A DNA stretch of 64,000 bases from Balanoglossus misakiensis (Eukaryota; Animalia; Hemichordata). The translations under genes and the position numbers were made by a program. The notes below the pieces were generated by a model. That model did no database searches and was not told where the DNA came from. It saw only the letters and a program-made list of their open reading frames with translations. Below are positions 33,041 through 45,020 of the stretch, in pieces (within the stretch, counting starts at the first letter, position 1; every line of letters begins with the position of its first letter). The stretch covers positions 62,001 through 126,000 of the forward strand of contig JBECUI020000037.1 in the NCBI GenBank assembly GCA_040954595.2, given 5' to 3'.

Positions 33041-36000
33041 ATGCGTGTATTATCTATATCTGTTTTGGCACTAGGTCTCATACTTAGTGGGATTGTCTCC
33101 TGTGCTGATACTGGAATTATTAGTGTTTCGCCTGTTCCCTCTGTTACGAAGGTATCGGCTTGGTTTGTTGACGGGTATACTGTCCGTGTCGAATTTACTG
33201 CCGCGGAACCCGCTGTGAACTATCGTGTTCAGTTGACTCCTGATAGTGGGCTTCCCATCAATAAAATGGTTCCCAACACCGGTGCCGGAGTCCTCTCACT
33301 ATCGGTTGCCTTCGATACTGATGAGTTAGCAGCAAACACGAACTATACCATCTCGGTTATTGCTGTAAACCAGGAGGGTATCGAGTCTTCAGCAACTGTA
33401 GCAGCAGAGCGACTGCAGACTGGTAGTAGCTTAGATGCTCCTTCAAACTTGCAGGTAACTGCAGCAGTAGGAATGCTTACTGTACAATGGGACGCTCCTG
33501 CAGGAGATCCGGTTATGTCCTATACCGTCACACTCACCCCACCGGGTGGAGAGGCACAAGAGCATACGACTGACAAGACATTTATCGATATCACTGGACT
33601 TGATGATGAAACCGAATATGATGTAAGGGTTGTCGCAAACATAGATGATGGAAGAACATCCACCAGTGTCCGACCCGTCTCAGGCCCGGTAAAGACACCG
33701 CGCATCATTGCCGGCATTACCAATCTCACGGCAAGAGATGCAACCACAGCTACTGATGTACAACTTCTCATAGAATGGACTCCCTCAGTAACAACCGGAA
33801 TTACCCACTATGCCATTTCTCTGATACCGCTTACAGTCGATGTGCCCGAATTAACATACGAACCGACACCAGCAGAGCTGGTAGCAGAAGATAATGGAAA
33901 TGTTTCCTACACTGTCAGTGGCTTACGCAGTACAGTCGAGTATACTGTTTCGGTGGTTGTCCATACAGCAGACGGAGAATCACTGCCAACAACAATTTCC
34001 ATTACCACCGGGAATAACGACCAATCGGGACCACCGGGAGCAGTTAGCAATATCAGGAAAGATAGCGACTACCAAGCAAGCAATGCCATGCGTATTATCT
34101 GGACTGCAGGAACACCCGGTACAAGAGCCAACGGAGCAGAGGCTGCAACGAGCTATACCGTGGAATACTACAGTGAAGCACGTTGGAACCCGGTTGATGA
34201 AGTACTCACTGAACAGGTAAGCATCGAGAATCTTCTTGGTGCACAGGAATACCGTATCCGCATCCGAGCATGGAATGCGGACTATCCCAATGATGAAAAC
34301 AAAGCAAGCGAATGGACAGAAGGACAGGTTATGAGTAACGGCGTTCGTTCGGTGAGTATTCAAAGCGGCGGTGCTGATGCAGGAGAAGAACTTGCAATGA
34401 AAAATGGGGATGAACTGATCTTGCATGCCCTTGTTGACGGAGAGAACGTCATTGAAAGCGTTCGATGGGAGAGTAGTGCAACACTTGTAGCGACAATTTC
34501 AGAACAGGGCGAGGTCGTCGCAAACACAGAAGGAGAGACAATTATTACCGCATTTGCTGATGCAGACAATACGGTACAAGATAGCCTGACCATTCGAGTT
34601 ACCTTACAGGAAGCAGTCGCACCGCAACCGGTCAGTGATCTGAGACAGGTTGGAAGTGAGGGAGCAGTTGATGGGCAAAGCATTACCCTTACCCTTGAAT
34701 GGACAGCACCAACTGATGCCGGGAGGCAAGAAGGGGGCATCCCTGCTGAAATAAGCGGATACACGCTGTATTGGCATGAAGGAAGCAGTTATGCCAGCGA
34801 ACAGGTCAGTGCTGAAACAACACGGACAGGGATTACTGATAGCACGATTCGCATAGATGGGTTCACTGGCAAAACGGCGTATGTCTTTGTTGTTGTAGCA
34901 CATGCAAATAGCGGCATGAGTAGTTCGGAAAGTACCGCCCTGAGCATAGAGACTGCAGCACTCAATCGTCCCCCCGGTTCAGTTAGAGGTGTTAATGCTG
35001 AAGCAACGGAGGATAGTTTAACTCTCTCATGGTCAGCGGTCGCCCCAGCTCTTCTGGAAAGTGGCGAAGCGGTGGAAAGTAGCTATTTTGTATACCTGTC
35101 ATCCAACACAGCCGATACGGCAGAAGCATTTATTGCAGGAGCGACCCTGCAAGCGGATAACGACCACAGTGATACCAGCATTACCATAAGTGCATTACAA
35201 GCAGCAACAAGCTATTATGTTCTTATTATCGCACGAGGTGGGGAGCAGGAGAGTATGAGTGAGATATTCTCCTTTACCACGCGAGCACAGGTTGACCGTT
35301 CGACGAATCCCGGGAAACCAAGCAATATTCAGAAAGACTTGAGTAACACAGCAATCAATACCCTGAGCATTGTCTGGACGGAGGGAACAAAGGGAAAGGC
35401 TATTGATGGAACAACGGAGATGGATAGCACCTTTGAGATAGAGTATCGACAAGATGGCGGGGCTACAGAATGGGTTGAGACAAGCGACAGTTCGGTAGAA
35501 CTCACCGGACTTGTCGGAGGTGGAGTCTATCTAATACGCATACGAGCATACTGGGACGGAACACACGAAAGCGGATGGACCGATGAGGTATCACTTCGAA
35601 GCAACGGTGTTGCATCAGTTAGCATAGACCAGCAAGCACCGAGCGTGATACGCGGAGAAACGCTGAACCTTACGGCAACCGTAGATGCCGAGAATGTATC
35701 CGAGACTCTTCTTTGGACGAGTACGGATGAGGGGATCGCTACAGTTGATAGCACAAGCGGTGTGGTAACCGGACAGAATGCAGGAACAACGACCATCCGT
35801 GCAGCGGCAACAGCCGATAGCAGCATCTATGATGAGCTAAGGGTGGTGGTAGAGCTTCCGAGTTTGAGTGGAAGTTTGAGTTATGATACGAGCGTGAATG
35901 CAATCTACGGCGAGCAGGCGAGTTATGCAGCACAATTCTCTGATACGAACATTAATCCGGCAGATTTGGACTATGAGATACAGGTAATTAAAGACGGAGC

Positions 36001-39000
36001 ACTTATTACTGACAGCATCAGTATGTCCGCAAGCGGGAGCATGATCGTCAGTAGCACAGCAGATGCAGGACAGTATACGGTAACGGTGAGTGCAGGATCG
36101 CTTGCGAACTATGCAAATAGTCTCAGTAGCGGGGCTTTCACTCTTGTTGTTTTGCAGAAAGACATAGCAGGGTATAGCTTAAGTTATTCGATACCGACAA
36201 CCGATGTTGCAGGTGGAGTGTATCAAACAACAACGGATATCCCAAGCGATGCAGGGGTACGATACAGCATGAGTAGCCAGTCGGGAGATTTAAGTGGGAT
36301 AATTAGCATTGAAGCGACGAATGGGGAGATTCGGGTATCGGCAACAGCAGCATCTGATATATACGGTCTTTTGGTAACAGCAACGGCGACAGGGGCAAAC
36401 TACAGCGGGAGTGTTTCGATAACAGTGAGTATAACCATTGTCGACCCACCTCTTACAGCCCAGATAATCTATGAGAGTGAAGATGCGGTTTACCGGACAG
36501 AGAGAAGCTATAGAATAGTAGCCGTAAGCGGATTGCCGGCAGGGCTAAGAAGAAGTGATCTCAGTTACAGTGGCAACGGCGGTGCGGGCATTACCGTGAG
36601 CAGTGATGGGACAATAGAGATTGCAGCAAGTGTAATTCCCGGAACCTACACGGTACAAGTAGTTGTCTCAGCAGATGGCTATGCCTCGCTTGATATTGAC
36701 ATAGTAAGGACGGTAACCTCAGCGGTATTAGCGGATTACTATACGCCTGCCTATGATCTTGTAGCAGTTGTTCCCAATGAACAGAAAACATTTTCGGTAG
36801 TGGGGACATTGCAGGATGTAACATTATTGTACAGTCTTAGCTCAACCGAACAGATAGTCATAGATGCAATGAATGCCGGCGATATTCTCATTGACCCAGT
36901 AACGGGAGCCATTAGCATACAAAATCTTACAACTGGCACCTATAGCGGTACTGTAACGGCAACAGCAACAGGAGGATACTATGGTGGCAGTAGTAGTGCG
37001 GAGGTAGATATTTTTATACTTCCACCACTTCCTCCAGGTGCAACATTGGTCGCATATCCAGTGTCAGCTGTACGATACGGAGAGACTATATCCTTTGATG
37101 GCGTTGTAACCAACATGCCTACTGAAATTACCAATAATTATACGTATTCAATCGGTGATGTCAAAAAGGATGGGCAGAGCATTGCTAATCCAGGATTTGA
37201 AGTACGTTCAGTAGGGTTTAATGCACCATCAGGATTAGCTTCATGGAGGGCGTATAGTACTGGTGTTATACCCCTTGGAAGCTATGAGGTTGCCATTATT
37301 GCAAGACAGGAAGACTATGTAGGGCAGTTGTCTGTTACGGTGCAGATAACAATAGACCCGGCAGTGCTAAGTGGGAATTTTGACTATGGCATAGTGGATA
37401 TTATACCCTTTGGAACAGGTAAGACAGTTCCGATACAGAATAATAACTTTCCCGGAGAGGTAACTTACAGTCTCTCAGCGCTTGATCCGCAGACAACCGG
37501 CATTACAGTTGATGCAATGAGCGGGAGCATAACGATTGCTGATACCGTACCGGTGAATACCTATAACCTAACGATTACTGCGACATCATCAGTAGCAGAG
37601 TATACAGGAAGCGTAGACACTGTTCTTTCTATTGCTGTTTTAGCAGATAGCCGTATCACTCTAAGCTATAAACCGGAAATGGGGGCAGGGGCACAGGAGT
37701 ATTTTAGTATCGGAGACTTTGATAATGCCTTTCTCTGGATTATTGAGGGGGTATCCGATGCATCCGGAATAACGGCAGACGTACGTATACTCAATGCGGC
37801 GGATAATTCCGAAGTGCATAACAAAGCGGCAGATATAACTGCCGGAACAGATGAAAACGGGGGTTCTATTGTCGGCATTGGTTTGGGTTTGCAGTATAGC
37901 GACTGGGCAGGCATCCCTGCGAATGTAAGAATGGAGATAACTGTAACCGACAGTGGCGGAACAGCAGTCCCGGTATTGATGAACAAGCAGAAAAGCAGTA
38001 GTGGCGATCTCTACAGTTGGCGCGACTTGCAGGCGATGCAACACAATTTGAGCGGGAGCTATCGGCTACGTTCTGATATTCAATTCCCGCCTCCTGGAAG
38101 CTATTCATTTCCGATTTCCGGATTTGTACCGATTGGTCCTAGTAGCACAAACACCTTTCAGGGAAGCCTAAGTGCTCTTGCTGATGATGGGACACGTCAT
38201 GCTATCAGCGATTTCTATATTGATGATGCCAGTCTGGACTACGCAGGTATTTTTGGTAGTAGCACTGGGGTAATTACTGATCTGATATGTATTGATCCCT
38301 ATATCAACGCGAATGTCTATGTTGGGGTTATTGCGGGTGAAATCGTCGCTTCTTCTCAGCCGAAATTGGCCCTACGAAATGTCAGTGTACGAATAGAAGA
38401 TCGAACAGGAGAGCATGTTCATAGCAACATGACCATAGGGAACTACAGTCATATAGGAGGGATTGCCGGTAGCGTTGGGAACAATAATCAGTTGTTCGCT
38501 ATTGATAGTGCAGCAACAGTGATGGGGGAAAGAAATACCGGGGGACTAGTGGGTAAAGATGATGGTGCAACGATTGTTGGATGGACAACAGGAGATGTAA
38601 CCGGTGGTACTAGTGTAGGAGGTCTTGTCGGGAGGATTACAGATGATACTACTACTAGTAGTTCAGTCATAATAGGTTATGCAACGGGGTCGATTACTGG
38701 TGACCTCCGAGTAGGTGGACTGGTTGGTGATAGCCTCAGCACTAGTACGATAACCGGGTATATGACCGGGAGTGTCACCGGCGATAACAATGTTGGAGGG
38801 CTTGTTGGTCGTCATGCGGGATCTCTAGTCGGCTACAGCACTGCTACAGTTAGTCGAAGTAGCGGAACAGGTACTGTGCTCGGAGCTGTTATTGGGAGAA
38901 ATAATTATAGTACGGTAAATGCTTATTTTGATAGAACCGCAGCAGGCACTGAATACGCATCGGGGGCACAACTCAATGCAATAGGAGATGGTACGCTAGC

Positions 39001-39262
39001 AAATGGCAGTTATGCAATCGAGGTTCTTTCTGAGGATAGCATTATTAGAAGGGCAGATACGTTCTACGATTATAAAAAAACATCGGCTACAGCGGATGAT
39101 GTAGCGATCTTTACCAATTGGTCAATCTATGGCTCTACCGAAGTACCGCATGATGCAACGGTGGGATACTGGTCTTGGTATGGTGTGTATACATGGCCGA
39201 GTCTCTGGGATACAGCAGAGCAATTCTACTTCGGAAACCAGCCGGAGTACAAGGCGCAATAG
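33041..39262 (+). CDS. Giant surface lipoprotein G2, paralog of G1 (FN3, Big_2 and Ig-like domains plus a GLUG-like domain)
   Basis: Uninterrupted ORF. Signal peptide MRVLSISVLALGLILSGIVSC. Shares YFSIGD, GDxYxWRDLQAM and LWDT...YFGxQPEYK motifs with G1. Confidence 0.9.
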   Translation: MRVLSISVLALGLILSGIVSCADTGIISVSPVPSVTKVSAWFVDGYTVRVEFTAAEPAVNYRVQLTPDSGLPINKMVPNTGAGVLSLSVAFDTDELAANTNYTISVIAVNQEGIESSATVAAERLQTGSSLDAPSNLQVTAAVGMLTVQWDAPAGDPVMSYTVTLTPPGGEAQEHTTDKTFIDITGLDDETEYDVRVVANIDDGRTSTSVRPVSGPVKTPRIIAGITNLTARDATTATDVQLLIEWTPSVTTGITHYAISLIPLTVDVPELTYEPTPAELVAEDNGNVSYTVSGLRSTVEYTVSVVVHTADGESLPTTISITTGNNDQSGPPGAVSNIRKDSDYQASNAMRIIWTAGTPGTRANGAEAATSYTVEYYSEARWNPVDEVLTEQVSIENLLGAQEYRIRIRAWNADYPNDENKASEWTEGQVMSNGVRSVSIQSGGADAGEELAMKNGDELILHALVDGENVIESVRWESSATLVATISEQGEVVANTEGETIITAFADADNTVQDSLTIRVTLQEAVAPQPVSDLRQVGSEGAVDGQSITLTLEWTAPTDAGRQEGGIPAEISGYTLYWHEGSSYASEQVSAETTRTGITDSTIRIDGFTGKTAYVFVVVAHANSGMSSSESTALSIETAALNRPPGSVRGVNAEATEDSLTLSWSAVAPALLESGEAVESSYFVYLSSNTADTAEAFIAGATLQADNDHSDTSITISALQAATSYYVLIIARGGEQESMSEIFSFTTRAQVDRSTNPGKPSNIQKDLSNTAINTLSIVWTEGTKGKAIDGTTEMDSTFEIEYRQDGGATEWVETSDSSVELTGLVGGGVYLIRIRAYWDGTHESGWTDEVSLRSNGVASVSIDQQAPSVIRGETLNLTATVDAENVSETLLWTSTDEGIATVDSTSGVVTGQNAGTTTIRAAATADSSIYDELRVVVELPSLSGSLSYDTSVNAIYGEQASYAAQFSDTNINPADLDYEIQVIKDGALITDSISMSASGSMIVSSTADAGQYTVTVSAGSLANYANSLSSGAFTLVVLQKDIAGYSLSYSIPTTDVAGGVYQTTTDIPSDAGVRYSMSSQSGDLSGIISIEATNGEIRVSATAASDIYGLLVTATATGANYSGSVSITVSITIVDPPLTAQIIYESEDAVYRTERSYRIVAVSGLPAGLRRSDLSYSGNGGAGITVSSDGTIEIAASVIPGTYTVQVVVSADGYASLDIDIVRTVTSAVLADYYTPAYDLVAVVPNEQKTFSVVGTLQDVTLLYSLSSTEQIVIDAMNAGDILIDPVTGAISIQNLTTGTYSGTVTATATGGYYGGSSSAEVDIFILPPLPPGATLVAYPVSAVRYGETISFDGVVTNMPTEITNNYTYSIGDVKKDGQSIANPGFEVRSVGFNAPSGLASWRAYSTGVIPLGSYEVAIIARQEDYVGQLSVTVQITIDPAVLSGNFDYGIVDIIPFGTGKTVPIQNNNFPGEVTYSLSALDPQTTGITVDAMSGSITIADTVPVNTYNLTITATSSVAEYTGSVDTVLSIAVLADSRITLSYKPEMGAGAQEYFSIGDFDNAFLWIIEGVSDASGITADVRILNAADNSEVHNKAADITAGTDENGGSIVGIGLGLQYSDWAGIPANVRMEITVTDSGGTAVPVLMNKQKSSSGDLYSWRDLQAMQHNLSGSYRLRSDIQFPPPGSYSFPISGFVPIGPSSTNTFQGSLSALADDGTRHAISDFYIDDASLDYAGIFGSSTGVITDLICIDPYINANVYVGVIAGEIVASSQPKLALRNVSVRIEDRTGEHVHSNMTIGNYSHIGGIAGSVGNNNQLFAIDSAATVMGERNTGGLVGKDDGATIVGWTTGDVTGGTSVGGLVGRITDDTTTSSSVIIGYATGSITGDLRVGGLVGDSLSTSTITGYMTGSVTGDNNVGGLVGRHAGSLVGYSTATVSRSSGTGTVLGAVIGRNNYSTVNAYFDRTAAGTEYASGAQLNAIGDGTLANGSYAIEVLSEDSIIRRADTFYDYKKTSATADDVAIFTNWSIYGSTEVPHDATVGYWSWYGVYTWPSLWDTAEQFYFGNQPEYKAQ

Positions 39263-39272
39263 GCAGTATAGG

Positions 39273-39306
39273 AACAAGTCCTGGCCAGGCTGGGACTTGT
39301 TTTTTT
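39273..39306 (+). terminator. Intrinsic terminator of G2
   Basis: AACAAGTCCTGGC...GCTGGGACTTGTT followed by a T-run. Confidence 0.85.
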
Positions 39307-39364
39307 GAAATTTTTTTGTAACCGCTAGACACTATTGTTGTATACATATTCTAGGAGATTGGGA

Positions 39365-39469
39365 ATGAAATATAAATATGTTCTTATGTTATTACTGGTG
39401 ATATCAATTGTTCTGCTCGTTGGAATGGGCGCTTGCGTTGATGGCAATTCAGGCGCAACAAATTGGTAA
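39365..39469 (+). CDS. Putative 34-aa micro-lipoprotein
   Basis: AGGAGA RBS, then MKYKYVLMLLLVISIVLLVGMGAC-VDGNSGATNW*: basic N region, hydrophobic core, GAC lipobox. Confidence 0.55.
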   Translation: MKYKYVLMLLLVISIVLLVGMGACVDGNSGATNW

Positions 39470-39513
39470 ACGATCTTCACTGTAGTAAACAATAGCCGGC
39501 TATTGTACGAGGA

Positions 39514-40328
39514 TTAACCTTTTATTGCACCACTAATAACAGAACTGCCGATTTGTCGATAAAACATTAATCCAAGAAGAGTTGGGGGGAGGGTCCCGAT
39601 AATCATAACCGCAGCAGCAACACCCCATTGCACCCCACCACCGCCAGCTGAAAAAAAGAATGATGCACCTACTGTCATGGGGACAGCGTTGCGAGTAGTG
39701 AGCATCAATCCAAAGAGAAACTCATTCCATGCAGTGATAAATCCAATATGAGTGCAGCCGTTAATATGGATTTTGATAAGGGCAGGGCAATATGTAGTAA
39801 ATACCTCAGGGTAGAGGATCCATCTATCCATGCCGCCTCATCCAGCTCGGCTGGAATATCATTGACAGCATTAATCGACATAATGAGGGCAAGAGGAAGA
39901 TTCACAATGGCGAGAATTAATCCCAATCCTAACTGGGTGTCAAGTAAGTTGAGCGGTTGGTACATCATGTATAGAGGAATAGAAAAGATGATAAGCGGAA
40001 CAGCACGCAGATTGATAACAGCAGGAACGAGAAATTTGCGTGAGTAGTTTCTGCGAACAATGACATAGGCTGCGGGAAAACATACTAGTAGAGGTAGTAC
40101 AGCACCGATAGTAGATGCAATGAGACTGTTAGAGAAGTACTTTATTATATCAAAGCGTTCGGATACGGCAAAAATTTGTATGTAGTTTTCTCCAGTCCAC
40201 TGGTTTATCCAAAGGCTTGCATTACTTTGGATTTCTGCATTTGACTTAAACGATGTGAGTACGGTAATCCATACAGGAGCGTTCATCACTATTGCCACAA
40301 ACGCAAACACTACCCATCGCAAGAACAT
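39514..40328 (-). CDS. Carbohydrate ABC transporter permease (MalG-like), frameshifted
   Basis: EAA loop IPAELDEAAWIDG; FITAWNEFLF in the second fragment. Confidence 0.88.
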
Positions 40329-41214
40329 TATATCTTATTCCTTTTTTTGTCGAATAGGTAACTGATACCAAAGAGTACGATAAATGTTACGAAAAGCAGT
40401 ATGGTTGAAGCCGCAACCGCCTTACCGATCTTTCCTTCTTTGAAAAATACTTGATATATGTATATTGATAAACTGGTGGTCGATCCACCCGCACCGCTTC
40501 CGGTTAGAACGTAGACGTTGTCAAAGACACGAAAGCCATCAATAAATCGAATAAAGATAGCACTGTACAGGGGTATCTGCATAGATGGGAGTTCAATATG
40601 CCAGAAAAGAACGGTTGAGGAGGCGCCATCCAGTTTTGCGGCTTGACGCATTTCATTGGAAATTGCTTGATAGGCGACATGAAATAACAGCAAGGTGAAG
40701 GGTGTCCACTGAAGTATTTCTATGGTCATAAGGGTATAGATTGCATTGGTCGCGTCAGAAAAGGGGGACTGTCGTTAAACCATTCCCATAGATAAAAGGG
40801 TACGGGACCAACAAACTCATGCAAGACAAGTCGATACATTAAACCGACTAATGCCGGAGCAGCCATCATTGGCATCATCAATATTGCTAATAACCACGGA
40901 CGTTTTTTGAACAAGGGGGAGAGATAGACAGCAAGGAATAATCCTACCGTACACTCTACAAATGCAGTAACCGCCCCGAAGTTCAGCGAGAAAGCTGCCG
41001 CTTGCCAGAATAGTGAATCAGTAAGTACTGCGGAAAAGTTCTGTAGTCCCTGAGGTTTAGGGGAACGAATAGTTTCAAACGACACTTGTGAAATGCTGTA
41101 TACCAAATTGACAAGCAGGGGAAAGCCTAGGAATAGGAGTAATATTCCTACCATGGGTAATACCATGATCCGGTTTTCGGTTTGCTTAGACATATTGGCA
41201 TGCAGCATGTCCAC
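40328..41214 (-). CDS. Carbohydrate ABC transporter permease (MalF/UgpA-like), frameshifted
   Basis: QWTPF, AAKLDGAS, FIDGFRVFD and GLQNF motifs. Confidence 0.88.
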
Positions 41215-41225
41215 AAATATCTGAA

Positions 41226-42523
41226 TTATTTCAATAGTTCTTTCATTTCCGTTTCAACATTTTGAAGTGCTTCATTCAAACTCTGTTGTCCCGACCAGTA
41301 GCCGGTAAATTCTCGTGCTTGTACTTCATATATGCTGAGTGCGTTGGCAGATGTTCCGCCGTTCATAACAAAGCCATAGTTGCTTGCATAGTTTCCAAGG
41401 GTAGCAAGATCAGGTCTATCGGCTGCGACAGTGTCTATAACGACATCGTTCAGTGCCGGATTGCCACCTGCTACAGCATACACTTTTGCTGCCTCGGCTG
41501 TTGTTAACCAATTAAGGAATTTTTTTGCACCAGCTTTGTTGGTTGATGATTTGTTCAATCCAAACCCTAATCCGTGAATATGGGTATAACGGCCCTGCGG
41601 TCCCGCGGGTGGTGGAGCAATGCCCACCTTGCCTGCAATAGTCGGATTCTTTTCCGGATCCATTAAATCGGTCGCAGCAGCGTTCCACTGTAACATTGCG
41701 GCTACTTGTCCGGAACCGAAAGCAGCGTTTGCCTCAGCATACTCATACGATAAGGAATCTCGCGGTGAGGTTTGAGCATCGTATAGAACCTTGTACCGTT
41801 CCAGTGCAGAACGAAAGGCAAAACTGTCTATTGAGATATTATTATCTGCGTCCATCCAGTCACCTCCATATGCCCGGACTGCTGAATGCCATATCATCAT
41901 GTTAAATAATAAATTTTTCATCTGTAAAACAGTGCCGTAGCGCACGGGGCTACTGCTGTTATTACTCTTAGCAAAGAAAAGTGCGGTAACAGTGTAATCA
42001 TCCCATGTCCAATTTTGTGGGTGTTTGGGTGTCATGCTTCTCCAAATTGTTTTTTGCGATTTCTGTGTATTTTGCTTGCCATTTCGGGTTGCTCATTAAT
42101 GTATCGATAAGATCCTTGCGGTAGTACATAAAATGCAACGATAGGTCGGTTGGTACACCGTATTGTTTCCGTCATACTGCATAGTTGATAGACGCTGTCG
42201 CTATATGATTCATTATTGGTTAGTGTAATGGCTTCCATATAGGGCGCATATCTACCCATAGAATAGGTTGCAGTGAGGTTAATATCAAACTCATCAGTAC
42301 CAGCCGCTAAGTCGGATTGTAACTTATCCCAAATCCTTCACGGTTGAAAAATAGTGCCTCCACCTTGTCATTGGGATCAAGATCGGGCTGTGCATTATAG
42401 ACTTCTATAGCCTTGCGAAGAGCAATCTCTTCCGGTCCGCCGGCCATCCTAGGACCGTAACTCTGCAGTCACTTGTCCTATAACAAATACAAATAGAACA
42501 AATATTATTGTCTTATACATCAT
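41226..42523 (-). CDS. Sugar ABC transporter substrate-binding protein, N-terminal part frameshifted
   Basis: WTWDDY, FGSGQVAAMLQW and AKKFLNWLT motifs. Signal peptide MMYKTIIFVLFVFVIGQVTA follows GGAGGA. Confidence 0.82.
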
Positions 42524-42779
42524 ATCTTCCTCCTCATTTAATTTGCATAAGCATTATTACTTTTTATAGTAATGCAGATGAAATATTTTGTATAGTACAA
42601 TACATGCAGGACCTAAGTATAACTTAGGATCGTTTATTTAGTTTAACCAGATTAGCAGTTTTCTTTTTGCAATCTTTCTTGTTACTTTTGAGTTGGAAAT
42701 TTTTGTATCTATCCGGCTCTTCATGCTTGCCTATTGATTCAAATTCAATTCTGTAGCATAATTATACTGAGGTGTCATT

Positions 42780-43208
42780 ATGGCAAGAATGGTTGCACAT
42801 ATTTTATCAGTAAATGCGAAAGAACAGGGGAAATACTATGAAGAAGTACTTGGCGGCAAGGTAGGCTTTATACTCACCGCAAAGGATATGCCTGAGAAAG
42901 AAAAAAATTCCTGGGGCAGATGACAATAAGATTGTTCACATGGAAATTCACTTTCTTGGCGACTTGGTAGTTTATATGGCTGATTCCTTTGGTGAGGATG
43001 TAGCAAAAGAGAACGCGATATCCCTTACCATAGAGACAGACAGTGAAGCCGATGTAACAAGATTATACGACAATTTTGTCCAAAGTGGTGCTCAAGTACT
43101 TATGGAAAAAGCTGAGCAATTTTGGCGGCAATGTACGGCTGTGTCAAAGATCGCTATGGTATTGTCTGGTCAATACAATATTTGTTCCCCTCGGAGCAAA
43201 CAACGTAA
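42780..43208 (+). CDS. VOC family (PhnB-like) protein, frameshifted
   Basis: YYEEVLGG, IVHMEI, MADSF, ISLTI and QFW/AMYGCVKDRYGIVWSI, spread over three frames. Confidence 0.8.
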
Positions 43209-43218
43209 GTTATTCGGT

Positions 43219-44560
43219 TTATTGGTAATATTCTCGCTCTTTTTCCTTTGTCCACTGAGACATAGTTTGCCATATCGGTAAATTTAATCCACCTTTTTCT
43301 GTTTTTGCAACAATAGTGGTACCGAGCAGGTCTCCTGCTACATTCAGACTCGTCCGCCCCATATCCAAGAGGGTGTCAATTCCCAGAATCATGGCGTAAG
43401 CAGCAGCGGTGGGAGTTCCTGCTTCAACGGATAGGCCCCACGGGGAATTGAGCACCATCAGTAGCATTATGGACCCAGAGCTTGGTACACCAGCTGTTCC
43501 GATACTAGCCAGCATTGCGGTTATTATTACGGTTATTTGTTGTCCCAATGTTAAGGGCAATCCGATTGCAAAACTGACGAATAAGGCGCATACTCCTTGG
43601 TAAATAGCAGTGCCATCCATGTTAATGGTTGCACCTAGTGGCAAGGTGAACGAGTAAACATTTTTTGAGATGCCCAGTCGATTTTCTGCAGCGTTCATAG
43701 TAATGGGAAGGGTACCACTGGAACTTCGGGTAACAAAGGCGGTAAGCATTGGCGTCCGGATTCCTTTAAAGAATGTGGATATTTCAAACGGAACAAGAGA
43801 AGACATCCACAGAAAAGAAGAATCATATGGGTCAGATAACCAAGATATACTGCAAGGGTTATGCTTCCTAAATGGCCAAATGCTAATGCTCCTTCTTTAC
43901 CAAATACAACGGCAATAAGGGCAAAAACACCAATGGGAGCATATTGAAGGATGCCCCGAATAATTTTATACATAATTTCCATACCGCCATCAACAAAGGT
44001 GAGCATATGGGATGCCAGATCTTTTTGGCGTTCGGTTCCGTGAGATCTCAAAAGAGAAAGGCTCATACCAACAAGTATGGCAAAAAATATTATAGGAAGG
44101 ACCATACCCGAAGATAGTGCATAGAACGGGTTAGTAGGAATAATATTTAATAGGGTATCCAATAAACTTGGTGGAGGAATATCAGTATTCGGCATAGGTA
44201 TCCCTTTTGCTAGTTCTAGCCCGAGCCCCGGCTTAAAAACATTTCCAAATACCAACCCGATTGTTACCGCAAGAAGTGATGTTAATAGGTAAAAGCCATG
44301 ATCTTGATTCCGAGCCGCCCAATATTGGAGGGAGTAATGGATGATGCACCTTGTATCAGAGAAAAAAGAACGACAGGGACGATAATCATTTTTAATACAC
44401 GAATAAAAACATCGCCCAGTGGATTAATAATCTCTATCGAAGGACCAACAATAATTCCTGTAATTATACCTGCACCCAGTGCAATTAATACACGAATTAT
44501 CAAACTTGTCTTGAAGTACCACGCAAAGATATTGCTTATTTTTTTGTTTCTAATTGCCAT
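43219..44560 (-). CDS. Dicarboxylate/amino acid:cation symporter (DAACS, GltP-like), frameshifted
   Basis: [33 protein letters not shown] and [12 protein letters not shown] signatures. Confidence 0.92.
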
Positions 44561-44673
44561 ATTTTCCTTTCAAAAAAACTATACAAGGAAAGAATAGCAC
44601 TTTTTCATTCTTATTGCAAGGAATTTAGGTTAGTTAATAGGAAAAAATTATTTTCTCCATTACACTATTGTTT

Positions 44674-44961
44674 TCATTGCTGAGGCTTGGATAACTTTTT
44701 CATTTCTTTTTCTATCATGCGTTCCTGGATGTTCGTGCTACAGATCCAGATTCCGAACCCGTGCCCCAACACTCCAATGCCCCATCCTAAAAGAGACCAT
44801 CCAACCCATAGAATTTTGGGGGTTATGCTGAGATTTATAATAATCAGGATGACATGTACACCAATGTATACAAATAGATGAATCAAGAACCCAAGACGTA
44901 CTTGAACGCGCCGTCTTGCTTTGTCTCGCAGATCATTTTGTTCGGTAGTTGTGGAATTCAT
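44674..44961 (-). CDS. 2TM domain-containing protein
   Basis: ARRRV...GFLIHLFVY...INL...WGIGVLGH...IEKEM pattern. Confidence 0.85.
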   Translation of the reverse strand: MNSTTTEQNDLRDKARRRVQVRLGFLIHLFVYIGVHVILIIINLSITPKILWVGWSLLGWGIGVLGHGFGIWICSTNIQERMIEKEMKKLSKPQQ

Positions 44962-45020
44962 ATTCCTTCCCCCTAAAAGGAAATTATAGCATGTATATTA
45001 CTGTATTGTCTATATTGTTT

